Shown here one piece after another: positions 8,375-18,096 of a stretch of DNA of 64,000 nucleotides. The stretch's first letter is position 1, and each line of letters begins with the position of its first letter. The notes below the pieces were generated by a model. That model worked only from the letters and a program-made list of their open reading frames with translations. It was not told the DNA's origin and searched no databases. Source of the stretch: an uncultured delta proteobacterium. GTDB lineage: Bacteria > Myxococcota_A > Polyangia > Fen-1088. The translations under genes and the position numbers were made by a program. Where the stretch lies: NCBI GenBank assembly GCA_963767925.1, contig CAVYGB010000001.1, positions 256,001 through 320,000 of the forward strand, in the 5' to 3' direction.

Positions 8375-9112
8375 TCAGCGCACCTGCTGGGCCCGCCCGT
8401 GCAGCGCCTGGGCCAGCTCCGCCAGGCGCAGCAGGGTGGCCGCGCCGCTGCCGGGCGCCAGCGCCCGCTGCTGGCGGGCTTCGCTGATCTGGGCCAGCAG
8501 GGGCTCCCAGGGACCGCCCGGCAGCGCTCGCGCCACCTCGGCCAGCGCCTCCCGGGGGCCGGGGGCAGGCTTTCCCTCCAGCTCGAGCAGGGCGGCGGCC
8601 GCCGAACGCAGGGGACCGGCCGCGTCGGCCACCGCCAGGGCCGCCTGCTCGTCGCGCAGGCTCTGCAGCACGTAGCGCTCCCGCAGCCGCAGCGTCAGGT
8701 TCAGCAGCACCTGCCGGCAACGGGCCAGCTCCGCCGGCCGCGAGATGGGCAGGTCGGCGAACGGATCGCTGCCGTGGAGCACCCGATGCCGCCGGCGAAT
8801 GTCGGCGAACTTCACCGCAAAGGCCTCCGCCGCCGCCGGCACCTCCTCGGCCAGGATGAACATCGCCTCGAGAGCGATCGCCGCGTGGCTCAGCCGGAAC
8901 GGCTCGCGCAGCCGATCGACCGCCGCCGCGTCGAACCGGCGAAGCACGACGATGAGGTTGACGTCCGAAGTAGGCCGCCACTGCCCCTCCGCCCCGCTGC
9001 CGAACAGGACGACCGACACGAGATCCGCCCCGAGCACCTCGCGGGCCGCGCTGACGAACAGCTCCAACCCACGCTCGACCGGCCCAGGCAACGGCGACAT
9101 CTGCGGCGTCAC
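8375..9112 (-). CDS. Nucleotidyltransferase-domain protein (Pol-beta-like fold)
   Basis: VSVVLFGSGAEG...SDVNLIVVL (GS plus D-x-N motif). Confidence 0.75.
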   Translation of the reverse strand: MTPQMSPLPGPVERGLELFVSAAREVLGADLVSVVLFGSGAEGQWRPTSDVNLIVVLRRFDAAAVDRLREPFRLSHAAIALEAMFILAEEVPAAAEAFAVKFADIRRRHRVLHGSDPFADLPISRPAELARCRQVLLNLTLRLRERYVLQSLRDEQAALAVADAAGPLRSAAAALLELEGKPAPGPREALAEVARALPGGPWEPLLAQISEARQQRALAPGSGAATLLRLAELAQALHGRAQQVR

Positions 9113-9243
9113 CGCCCCATCTTAAACCCCCTCACCGAAGCCGGCAACGGCGCCAGCCAGCTCGTCCTGCGCCTCACGCCCCCCAGCCACCGCTGAGGGA
9201 GGTTCATCGAGCGTTGCCGCCCAGGCGGGAGCAGCCGCAGGCC

Positions 9244-9630
9244 CTACTCGACGAGCTGCACGGGGACGAAGCGATCCGGCGGGATCTCGTCGAGGAGATC
9301 CGCAGGTACTGCTGCCTGGCGGGGCGGCCGGGAGCTATCTCGAGCGACTCGACACAGCCCGATCCGACGCGGTCGTAGACCTTCGTCCCCGAGTAGCCGC
9401 TGCCGACGGGGTGGATGGCGAGCCGTCCATCCCGCCACGATTCGGCATAGGCTCCCAGGACCTGGTCGGTCACCAGCGGCTTCGTGCACGTCGGGTCGCC
9501 GAAGAACTCGGCCGGCTTGTCCAGCACGCCGGTTTTGGGGGAGACAGCGGAGCTGCCCCTCGGAGGCGACGCGCGGCCGGCAGGGGACGCCCAGCTCGAG
9601 GTCGGTGGGCGGATAGGTCAGGTCTGTCTG
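9244..9630 (-). pseudogene. Frameshifted fragment of a Cys-containing secreted-type domain
   Basis: TDLELGVPCRPRVASEGQLRCLP, then in another frame FFGDPTCTKPL..KVYDRVGSGC, then back to DEIPPDRFVPVQLVE*. This pattern implies two frameshifts. Confidence 0.45.
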
Positions 9631-9719
9631 TCGTCGTCGGTTGTTTGTCGCATATTGCAACAAGGTGACGGCGGCGGGTCTGGCGTGGGCTACCAATGGG
9701 GCCGGGAGAACCAGCCTCG

Positions 9720-11495
9720 ATGTTGACGAGCAGACCATTTCATCTCGCCGGTGTGTTGTGCCTGCTGGCCTCCTGTGTGGAGCCCTACGACGGTCCCGAC
9801 CTGGCGATCGTCGATGCGGGCCCGGGGATGGCGGGGGAGCGCGATGGCGGGGCGGTGCCCTCCGGGAACGCCGACGGACCGGCGCCCGGCGAGAGCCTCG
9901 ACGGACCGGCGCCCGGCGAGGGCCTCGACGGGCCGCCGCCCCCCGCAGCGGTGGTCTGTCCAGCGGGGTTCCATGCCTGCCGCGACCGCTGCGCGTCCGA
10001 CACAGATCCCGACACGTGCGGCGTGGCCTGCGAGCCCTGCCCGTCGATCCAGGGCGGGGGCCGCACCTGCGACGGCCGCAAGTGCGGCATCACCTGTCCG
10101 GCCGGCAGCAAACCCTGCCTGGACGCCTGCGTCCCCGACAACGCCCCCTGCGACAACACCTGTCAGCCGGGGCAGAACCTGTGTGGCGGCCTGTGCGTCG
10201 ACGGCAAGAGCGTGAGCGCCTGTGGCCCGACCTGCTCGCCCTGTCCCTCCTCGCCCAGCGGCACCCCCTCCTGCGACGGCGAGAAGTGCGCGCTCGCCTG
10301 CAAAGCGGGCTTCCACCGCTGCGGTGACAGGTGCGAGAGCGACAGCAGCACCGAGGCCTGCGGCCCCTCCTGCCTGGCTTGCCCGGTCCCGGCCGGCGGC
10401 AAGGCCACCTGCCGCAGCGGCCAGTGTGAGTTCGACTGCCCGGGCGGGCGCAAGTGCGGCAACCTGTGCATCGCCAACGACCTGCCCTGCAACGGGGCCT
10501 GCCCGGGCGGGATGCGCGTCTGCAACGGGCGCTGCTTCCCCAACGATGCGGGACCGTGCTGCGTGCCGGGCAGCAAGCGCTGCAACCCCAACGGGCGCGC
10601 CGTCCAGACCTGCAGCGGCAACGCGGCCTTCGCCGACAGCGCGAGCTGCCCCCTGGGCTGCGACGCGGCCCGGTCGGCCTGCATCACCTGCCAGCCGCGG
10701 ACGGAGGTGTGCAACCGCCAGGACGACGACTGCGACGGCGAGATCGACGACAACGTGGCTCCGGTCCCCTGCAGCCCGGCCTGCGCCGGCAACCAGATCT
10801 GCCGGCCCGGGTCGGGGCTCGACGCCTCCTCCTGCGCGCCCACCAACACCGTCGAGCGCTGCGGATCGAGCTGCACCCGCTGCCCGGCCGCCCCCGACGG
10901 CGGCACCATGGCCTGCGAAGGCGGCCGCTGCGTGGCCCGCTGCCCCGGCGCCACCCTGTGCGGGGGCCGCTGCCTGCCCGCCGATCGGGTGTGCGACGGC
11001 CGCTGCGACCAGATCCGCTGCCGCGCCGGCTGCGTCCCGGCCAGCACGGGCTGTCCGCCCACCCGCCCGCTGCGCCTCTTCTTCAGCGTCCCCCGGCTCG
11101 ACAACTACACCACCGGCACCGAGGCCGGCGCGTCCAACGCCGTCAACTCCGGGTACTTCGACGCCGGCACCATGGGCCACCTCGAGAGCGCCCAGCTGCC
11201 CGGGACCAAGCCGCTGTTCTGCTACTTCAACCCGACCACGGGCGACAATCTGGTCACCGACGCCTCCTCGCCCCCCGGCGGGTTCGGCCCCTGCAACCTG
11301 GGCAACGGCAACGTGGAGGGCTTCGTCTACGGCAGCGCCCGCGCCGACACGGTCCCCCTCGTCCTGTGGCTCAACGACAGCGACCGCAGCGACCACCACC
11401 TCATCAGCGACGGCTTCCAGTCCGACAGCGACCTCACCGGCCAGAACTACCGCAAGCTCCGCACCGTCGGCCACGCCCTCCGCCGCCCGAACTGA
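9720..11495 (+). CDS. Cys-rich lipoprotein with a MopE-like metal-binding motif and a DUF5648-like C-terminus
   Basis: LLASC lipobox, repeated CG..C..CP modules, EVCNRQDDDCDGEIDD, and C-terminal PL..F/Y...D(N/H)..T repeats. Confidence 0.75.
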   Translation: MLTSRPFHLAGVLCLLASCVEPYDGPDLAIVDAGPGMAGERDGGAVPSGNADGPAPGESLDGPAPGEGLDGPPPPAAVVCPAGFHACRDRCASDTDPDTCGVACEPCPSIQGGGRTCDGRKCGITCPAGSKPCLDACVPDNAPCDNTCQPGQNLCGGLCVDGKSVSACGPTCSPCPSSPSGTPSCDGEKCALACKAGFHRCGDRCESDSSTEACGPSCLACPVPAGGKATCRSGQCEFDCPGGRKCGNLCIANDLPCNGACPGGMRVCNGRCFPNDAGPCCVPGSKRCNPNGRAVQTCSGNAAFADSASCPLGCDAARSACITCQPRTEVCNRQDDDCDGEIDDNVAPVPCSPACAGNQICRPGSGLDASSCAPTNTVERCGSSCTRCPAAPDGGTMACEGGRCVARCPGATLCGGRCLPADRVCDGRCDQIRCRAGCVPASTGCPPTRPLRLFFSVPRLDNYTTGTEAGASNAVNSGYFDAGTMGHLESAQLPGTKPLFCYFNPTTGDNLVTDASSPPGGFGPCNLGNGNVEGFVYGSARADTVPLVLWLNDSDRSDHHLISDGFQSDSDLTGQNYRKLRTVGHALRRPN

Positions 11496-11619
11496 CCCCG
11501 CCCGGCCCCGCGCCCGCCCGCTACTGGCGGGCCAGGGCGAGGTGGAAGCGTTCTTCGGCGGCCAGGAAGTGGTCGGGGTCGGGGCCGCCGAGGTCGATCT
11601 GGACCCAGCCGCGGAAGGA

Positions 11620-11853
11620 TCACTCCTTCTTGATGGTGTGGCAGCCGGCGCAGCCGAACCCGCCCGCCTCCGGCTTGTTGGGATCGAACTCGGGCAGGCC
11701 GAGCAGGGCCGCCATCCGGGGCTTGACGACCTCGGCCATGAACTTCACCATCTCCGGGGCCGCGGCGGGCGGTTGCTTGTCGGCGACGGCCAGGCCAGAG
11801 AGCCCTCCGAGCAAGAGCAGGCCAGAGAGGGACGCGACGTTCTTGACGTTCAT
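11620..11853 (-). CDS. Small secreted protein with one CxxCH heme-binding motif
   Basis: GAGGAG RBS, signal peptide and C-terminal GFGCAGCH. Confidence 0.6.
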   Translation of the reverse strand: MNVKNVASLSGLLLLGGLSGLAVADKQPPAAAPEMVKFMAEVVKPRMAALLGLPEFDPNKPEAGGFGCAGCHTIKKE

Positions 11854-12065
11854 GGTGGCTCCTCAGGTGCGCAGGCACGATTTGGGTTCTGGTTACCCAT
11901 TGTGACCGAGGCTACGACGCTCACCCGGATCGATTGGCTTGCTCGAAGCGGTCGGGGTTGGATCTCGCTCGCGGCCCAGGAAAAAAGGTAGCGACCCTGT
12001 CGATCCGGCTCTGGCTCGTTCGTCGTCTCTCCAGCGACCGCCCACCACCCACCAGAGGAGACCCG

Positions 12066-12929
12066 ATGTTCCGCACCGCTTTGATCGCCGCCAGCCTGCT
12101 TGTCATCCCCCTCGCCCCGGCCGGGGCCCAGGCCGCGGGCCGCCGGGCCCAGGTCAACGGCATGCAGATGTATTACGAGGTCTCTGGCCGCGGCGATCCC
12201 CTCGTCGTGATCCACGGGGCCTACATGAACATCCCGACCATGGGCGCGATCATCCCCAGGCTCGCCAGGACCCACAAGGTCTACGCCCTCGAGCTGCAGG
12301 GCCACGGTCGCACCACCGACATAGACCGGCCGATCACCTATCCCAACCTGGCTGACGACGTGGCGGCCTTCATGGACGCCGTGGGGCTCGCCAAGGCAGA
12401 CCTGTTCGGGTACTCGATGGGGGCCGCCGTCGGGCTGCAGGTCGCCATCCGCCACCCGGCCAAGGTGAACAAGCTCGCCGCCGCCTCCGTCGCCTACGAC
12501 GTCGGGGGCTGGCAACCGGAGTTCAAGGCCTTCATCCCCCAGATGAACGTCGAGATGTTCCTGCAGATGCCCTTCGCCAAGGAGTATCGCAAGCTCGCCG
12601 CCAACCCCGACGGCTTCCCCGAGCTGGTCAGAAAGCTCATCGCCCTCGAGAAGGAGCCGATGGCCTGGGAAAAAGACGTGAAGGCGCTCAAGACCCCGGT
12701 GCTCATCATCACCGGCGACGCCGACGTCGCCACCCTCGAACACTCGGTCGCGATGTTCCGTCTCCTCGGCGGCGGGGGCATGGGCGACATGGGCAAGCCG
12801 CTGCCGGCCTCCCGGATCGCCGTCCTGCCCGCGACCTCCCACACCGCCGTCATCACCCAGCCCGACCTCCTGCACGCCTTCATCGAACCCTTCCTGAAAG
12901 GCACCACCCCCAAGGGCATGTTCCAGTAG
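12066..12929 (+). CDS. Secreted alpha/beta hydrolase
   Basis: GAGGAG RBS, signal peptide, IHGA, ELQGHGRT and GYSMG nucleophile motif. Confidence 0.9.
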   Translation: MFRTALIAASLLVIPLAPAGAQAAGRRAQVNGMQMYYEVSGRGDPLVVIHGAYMNIPTMGAIIPRLARTHKVYALELQGHGRTTDIDRPITYPNLADDVAAFMDAVGLAKADLFGYSMGAAVGLQVAIRHPAKVNKLAAASVAYDVGGWQPEFKAFIPQMNVEMFLQMPFAKEYRKLAANPDGFPELVRKLIALEKEPMAWEKDVKALKTPVLIITGDADVATLEHSVAMFRLLGGGGMGDMGKPLPASRIAVLPATSHTAVITQPDLLHAFIEPFLKGTTPKGMFQ

Positions 12930-13044
12930 CACCCTCGCCAGACGGCGCGCCCGCCCCTCGAGTGGTACCTTCAGCGCCGCGTGTGGTCGTAGCGCCCTGG
13001 TTGCTGCAGGCGGGCAGGTCGCGCGCGCGAACGAAAAGGGAGAT

Positions 13045-13899
13045 ATGGCGATCAGGTGGTACCCGGGGCACATGGCGACCGCACGCAAGGAGGCGGCGGA
13101 GACCATGCGCAAGACCGATCTGGTCATCGAGGTGCTCGACGCGCGCGTGCCGCAGTCGAGCTGCAACCCGGTGTTCGAGGGCCTGCGCCGGCAGGGAAAG
13201 CGACCGGCGCTCAAGCTGCTCAACAAGTCCGACGCGGCCGATCCGGAACATACCCGGCGCTGGCTGGACCACTACAACAGTCAGCCGGAGGTGAAGGCGA
13301 TCGCCCTGTGCGCCAAGAACCCCTCCGAGACCAGGCGCATCCTCGCCGCCTGTCGAGGGGTGCTCCCCGATCGGGGAACCCCGGCCAGGCCGCTGCGCAT
13401 GATGATCCTCGGCATCCCCAACGTCGGGAAGTCCACGCTCATGAACGCGCTGCTCGGGCGCCACGTGGCCCATGTGGGTGACGAGCCCGCGATCACGAAG
13501 ATGCAGATGCTCCACCAGCTTGGCCCCGGCATGACTCTGGTGGATACACCCGGATTGCTGTGGTCGGGCGTCGAGGAGCGCGCCGCCCTCAAGCTGGCCG
13601 CGACCCACAGCATAAGCCGCTCGGCCTACGAGGACGAAGACGTCGCGGTGGACCTCGGTCGCCATCTCCTCGCCGAATACCCGGACCTCCTCACCCGGCG
13701 CTACGGCCCGCTCCCCGAGGATTGCGACGGCCACGCTCTCATCAGCCTGATCGCCACCCGTCGCAGTCTCACGAAGAAGGCGGGTGAGCTGGACGTGGCA
13801 AGAGGCGCCCTGGCGCTGCTCAATGACTTCCGCAGCGGCGCGCTCGGCCGGATCACCCTCGAGAGCGTCCCGCAGGTGATCCCGCCGGCTGCTCCGTGA
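13045..13899 (+). CDS. rbgA: Ribosome biogenesis GTPase RbgA/YlqF
   Basis: IRWYPGHM N-terminus, DARVP, NKSD, GIPNVGKS, DTPG and GRITLE in circularly permuted GTPase order. Confidence 0.95.
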   Translation: MAIRWYPGHMATARKEAAETMRKTDLVIEVLDARVPQSSCNPVFEGLRRQGKRPALKLLNKSDAADPEHTRRWLDHYNSQPEVKAIALCAKNPSETRRILAACRGVLPDRGTPARPLRMMILGIPNVGKSTLMNALLGRHVAHVGDEPAITKMQMLHQLGPGMTLVDTPGLLWSGVEERAALKLAATHSISRSAYEDEDVAVDLGRHLLAEYPDLLTRRYGPLPEDCDGHALISLIATRRSLTKKAGELDVARGALALLNDFRSGALGRITLESVPQVIPPAAP

Positions 13900-13942
13900 G
13901 CCCCCGGCCTCAGTGTCGAAGGACAGTCGGCACCTGGCCGGA

Positions 13943-13983
13943 CGTTCGCCCTCGCCCCGCGGTAGCGGGGAGGGGTGAGGGGT
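13943..13983 (+). repeat. REP-like palindromic element, copy 1
   Basis: CGTTCGCCCTCGCCCCGC-ggta-GCGGGGAGGGGTGAGGGG, nearly identical to the copies at 62241-62282 and 62360-62415. Confidence 0.7.
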
Positions 13984-14270
13984 CCTCCGGCGTTCGCGGT
14001 TCGACGACAGCTCGAGCCGCGGCTTCGACAACGCCTCCTGCCGCCCCCTCATCGGTCAGCCCTGGTAGCGCTCCCGGCGGCCGGGCAGCGACGCCGCCGC
14101 AGGTTCACCCGGGTGGGCCGGGTAGGTGCAGCGCTCCCGAGTCGGTGCGGCGGGATCCCAGGGGAGGGCCGGATGAAGGCGTCAATAGACTTGTAACTTG
14201 CGTTACCTGTCAACCGTGAGAGACACGTAAAGTCCGGGGGTGAAACGGCCGGCGCGGCCCCCCCCGGCTG

Positions 14271-14966
14271 GTGCAGTACCGGGACACCGGCTTTTTCCTG
14301 AACTACGCCCCCCGCCTGGTCAACCTGCGCACCTTCGCCGCCTCCGCGGAGGTCGGCGCCAGCGTCGCCGGGCAGCTCCTCTTCTCCTCGCTGTCATTCG
14401 ACCCGATCCGGGGCCTGCAGCGCGGGATGACCAACCTCACCCTCGACGAGCCGGGCCAGCTCCGCCGCTGGGTCATCGGCGACTCCTTCGTGAGCGCCAA
14501 TGGGCCGCTCGGCGGCGCGGCCTACCTGGCCGGGCTGAGCGTGGGACGGGCCTTCGAGCTCGACCCCTGCTTCGTCTCCTTTCCCACCGCCCAGAGCAGC
14601 GGAAACGCGCTCAGCGCCTCGGTGCTGGAGGTCTACGTCAACGGGGTTCTGGTCCGCCGCGTGCCGATCTCACCGGGGCGCTTCCAGGTCCAGAACATCC
14701 CCGCCGTGACCGGCGCGGGGACCACCCGTTGCGTCCTGCGGGACGCCTACGGGCGCGAGCAGCAGGTGGTGTCGTCCTGCTACGCCTCGGCCTCGGTCCT
14801 CGCGTCCGGTACCAGCGGGGGTCCGACGCTCACCCTGCTCACGCCGCTGGGCCAGATCGATCCCGAACCTGATGCCCTACTACGAGAACCGCTTGACCGT
14901 CAGCAACGACGACCTGCCAATCAACTTTCGCATCGAGGGCGACGACCAGGTCGCCGCAGGCAGTAG
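14271..14966 (+). pseudogene. Fimbrial usher (PapC/CsuD-like) pseudogene with large deletions
   Basis: GFFLNY..RG.TNL..D..RRW..GD..LGG....GL..R.F.LDP..VEVYVNG..PG.F..NIP..G.G...LRDAYGREQ is an internal usher segment. A shifted frame then gives the C-terminal PNLMPYYENRLTVSNDDLPINF. About 230 aa against ~800 aa for an intact usher. Confidence 0.75.
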
Positions 14967-15070
14967 TAGGTGAAGGTGTTGATGCCGATGACCGGCGAGG
15001 CGATGGTCAGGATGTGTCCCGCGGTGGTTCCGAGATAGTTGGTCCGCGCGGCGTCGGTGAACGTCTGATT
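14963..15070 (-). pseudogene. Possible spore-coat-U/Csu pilin fragment
   Basis: NQTFTDAARTNYLG resembles the Y(N/Q)L(Y/F)TDAART..WG motif of SCPU pilins and sits next to the usher remnant. Confidence 0.35.
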
Positions 15071-15260
15071 AGGTGAAGGTGGCGGACTGGCTGAACCGGC
15101 GGCCTGGCGACATGCGGCGGCGCGACCAGACGCGGCAATTTGCCTTGCCCTGGAGGGGCGTGGCATGATTGCGTACATAGGGATCGAAACCCAGAGCTGG
15201 AGGCGGGCCCTGATCGGCGCGCCACCGGCCGGGCCATCTTCTAGAGAAGTAGAAAAACCA

Positions 15261-16691
15261 ATGAAGTATCGCCTTTGTGTGCTCCTGGCGCTCCTCCCCG
15301 CCTGCGGGGGCTCGCGCCGCCGCCCCATCGAGGCGCCTGACGTCATGGTGGTTCCAGGTGGGGTGCCGGACGCCGGATCCGTCGATGCGGCGGTTTCCGG
15401 GACCGACGCGAGGGCTGCGGCCGACGCGCCCGCGGCCGACGCAGGCGCGATGGACACGCCCCTGGCGCCCGACGCCCGCCGCCCTGCTGACGCCGGCCCG
15501 GTCAGCCCCGCCCCCGCCCCGAGCAGCGACTACGAAGCCCGCCTGGCCTTCTTCCGCACCGACCTGTTTCATCGCATCGACCTCACCATCGATCCCGCAC
15601 AGTGGGAGGCCTACCTGGCCGAGCACCGGCGCTTCGACGAGGACGCCGACAAGACGTGGTTCCAGGGCACCTTCCGCATCGACGGGGTCGAGCTGCGCAA
15701 CGTCGGGTTCCACTCGTTCGGCTGGGGCAGCCGCGACGAGAACCTCAACAAGCCCAACCTGAGCCTCGACCTCGACCGCAACGTCCCCGGCCAGAGCCTG
15801 CGCGGGATCGAGCGCATGCGTCTCAAGAACAACGGCCAGGACGTCTCGGGCCTGCGACAGGCGCTCCTCTATCAGGCGATGCGCGAGTCGAGCCTGCTGG
15901 CCCCGCGCTCGACCTACGCCGAGCTGTACGTCAACGACGTCCCCTACGGCTTTTACTTCGTCGAGGAGTCCTTCACTCAGGGGTTCGTGCGCCAGCGGAC
16001 CGGCAACGCCAACGGCGCCACCTACGAGCCGACCGGCTGCCAGGGCTTCGTCGCCCCCCGCGAGGGCGGCTGCGAGGCCCTCGCCTACTACTACGAGAGC
16101 AACTTCAACCCCAGCGCCGGCGGCGTCGAGCACCTGGTGGGCCTGTGCCGCGTCCTCAACGGCCCGGCCGAGGACATGATCGACGGCGTCGCGCCCTACA
16201 TCGTGCTGTCCGAGTGGGTGCACCAGGTCGCCATCGACACCGCCCTCGCCGGCAACAACGACGGCTTTTCCACCGCGGGCGCCAACTACCGCCTCTACCA
16301 CGACACCACCTTGGACAAGCTGCGCCTCATTGTCCTCGGCCCCGACGACACCTTCGTCCCCGGCGAGCTGCCCGAGCCGGACTTCCTCGAGCCCGAGCCC
16401 TACGAGGATTGCCTCGACGAGAACCCCGACTTCCGCGACATCTTCCTCGAGAAGCTGGTGGCCACCCAGCGTGGCCTCGACATCTACCGCGGCACCGTGC
16501 ACAAGCTGCGCACCGGCGTCCTCGCCGCCGGCACCTTCAAGGCCCGGATCGACACCCTCTGGAGCGTCGTCGGCCCCCACGCCAAGGCCGACCCCCGCCG
16601 CAACCCCGACTACGACGCCGAGGAGAGCAAGGACCTCATCAAGGAGTTCGTCGACCGCCGCTGGCCCACCCTCGAACAAGCCGGCTTCTGA
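15261..16691 (+). CDS. CotH kinase family lipoprotein
   Basis: LPACG lipobox, NVG..G.GSR..NKP...LDLD, MRLKNN..D..LRQ, LYVN..YGFY..EE, N.D.F..NY.LY motifs. Confidence 0.82.
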   Translation: MKYRLCVLLALLPACGGSRRRPIEAPDVMVVPGGVPDAGSVDAAVSGTDARAAADAPAADAGAMDTPLAPDARRPADAGPVSPAPAPSSDYEARLAFFRTDLFHRIDLTIDPAQWEAYLAEHRRFDEDADKTWFQGTFRIDGVELRNVGFHSFGWGSRDENLNKPNLSLDLDRNVPGQSLRGIERMRLKNNGQDVSGLRQALLYQAMRESSLLAPRSTYAELYVNDVPYGFYFVEESFTQGFVRQRTGNANGATYEPTGCQGFVAPREGGCEALAYYYESNFNPSAGGVEHLVGLCRVLNGPAEDMIDGVAPYIVLSEWVHQVAIDTALAGNNDGFSTAGANYRLYHDTTLDKLRLIVLGPDDTFVPGELPEPDFLEPEPYEDCLDENPDFRDIFLEKLVATQRGLDIYRGTVHKLRTGVLAAGTFKARIDTLWSVVGPHAKADPRRNPDYDAEESKDLIKEFVDRRWPTLEQAGF

Positions 16692-16702
16692 CCGCTCCCG
16701 CC

Positions 16703-16774
16703 TCCGCGCACCGGGCGCCTTCCGTGCGCTGGGCGCCTTCCGCGCACCGGGCGTCTTGCGTGCACCGGGGCGCC
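16703..16774. repeat. Intergenic 18-bp tandem repeat, 4 copies
   Basis: tccgcgcaccgggcgcct / tccgtgcgctgggcgcct / tccgcgcaccgggcgtct / tgcgtgcaccggggcgcc. Confidence 0.8.
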
Positions 16775-16813
16775 GACCGCGCCTTCGAACGGCGACCGGC
16801 TGCCGATTGGCCC

Positions 16814-17418
16814 TCACCCACGGGGGGGCGTGGGCGGCGGCGGGGGTGAGGTGGCGCAGCGGAAGCCGGCGTCGGAGGTGAGGTGGAGCTTGCTGGGGTT
16901 GTTGCGGTTGTAGATGCGCGAGAAGAGCTCGTCGTCGCGCCAGCTCCCGCCCTTGAGCACATGGCCGCGCGCGCCGGGGCAGCGCTTGCTGGCGGGGCAG
17001 GGGCCACCCGGGTTGCGGCCGGCGGCGCCCTGCCTCGATCCGGCGGAGAGGTACCAGTCGCTCACCCATTCGGCGACGTTGCCGGTGAGGTCGCACAGGC
17101 CCTCGGCGGAGTTGCCTCTCGGCCGGCTGCAGACCGGGCGGGTGTAGGGCTCCTCGGCGGGGCGATCGCCGGCGCCGGAGTCGGGGCGCTGGTCGGTGTC
17201 GCTGACGGCCTGCTCGCAGCGGGGCAGGGGAGGGTCGTGGCCCCAGGGAAAGGCGCTGCTCGCGCCCCGGCGGGCCCGTGGTGACCGCGCCATCGCCGGG
17301 CGCCTTCACGTCCGGGCAGGCCCCCGCCGCCACACACCGCCAGTAGCAACCCGAACAGCGCGGCCGGCCCGAGCGGCGCGCCCGCGGGCACCCGGACCCA
17401 GCGGCGATCAGCGCCCAT
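16814..17418 (-). pseudogene. FGE-sulfatase (SUMF1) domain gene, truncated and frameshifted
   Basis: The C-terminal half is present (FPWG..TRPVCSRP.GN...GLCDLTGNVAEWVSDWY..VLKGGSW..GFRC). A signal-like N-terminus (ATG 17418) is in another frame and the N-terminal half of the domain is missing. Confidence 0.65.
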
Positions 17419-17460
17419 TCGCCAGTTCCATCATCGGTCGCCCGTCGAGTCGATCATGCA

Positions 17461-17900
17461 TCAGGGGAACAGCTCGGGGTGGCGGACGCGGAGGACATCG
17501 TCGCGGCGTTGCTCGAGCGCGGGCCGGGAGGCGGCCGGCAGGTCGGGGGAGGCGAGGGCGTTCTGGAGGTCGCGGTAGTAGCGATCCAGCTCGGCATCCC
17601 GTCCGCCCGGCGCCAGCGTGCGGGCCCCCCGCTGGTGCTCCGCCCACACCCCCTCGCTGCCCCTGCAGAGCGCGCTCGGCGTCGAGCCAGGACACGCCCG
17701 AGAAGTTCTGCTCGCCGTCGACCGGGTTCCAGGTCGCGGCGTTGCTCTCGCGCGGGTCCATGGCGCTGGGGTCGTCGCCGTCGCTGCGGGTGGCCCAGGT
17801 GCGCAGGCGCGCGGGCGCGCTCGTCTCCGCCAGCGGGCTGGTGCCGTTGTAGCCCCAGGCGGGCTCCCCGGACAGCCTCCATCGCCATCTCCGCGGGGCA
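17461..17900 (-). pseudogene. Frameshifted hypothetical gene remnant
   Basis: Coding-like WGYNGTSPLAE..WNPVDGEQNFSGVSWLDAERAL in one frame continues as ..DRYYRDLQNAL..RHPELFP* in another. Confidence 0.35.
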
Positions 17901-18096
17901 CCTCCCGCTCTACCGGCACCTCCCGGGAGGCATCTGGGAGGTCCCTGAGGCGTGGGGTGGGGTGGGCCGGGGTGCATTCCTGTGATTGCGCTTGCGTATC
18001 CGCGGATGGGGCACAGACTGAGGCCCTGGTTTTTGCGTGCGGTGGTGGGCCGGGCCAATCTCGCGAACCACGAACCGGGAGTCTTGATCGATGTGG

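Noticed and set aside
16703..16774. 18-bp repeats as a CRISPR array
   Set aside because: The copies are contiguous with no spacers, and there are no cas genes.
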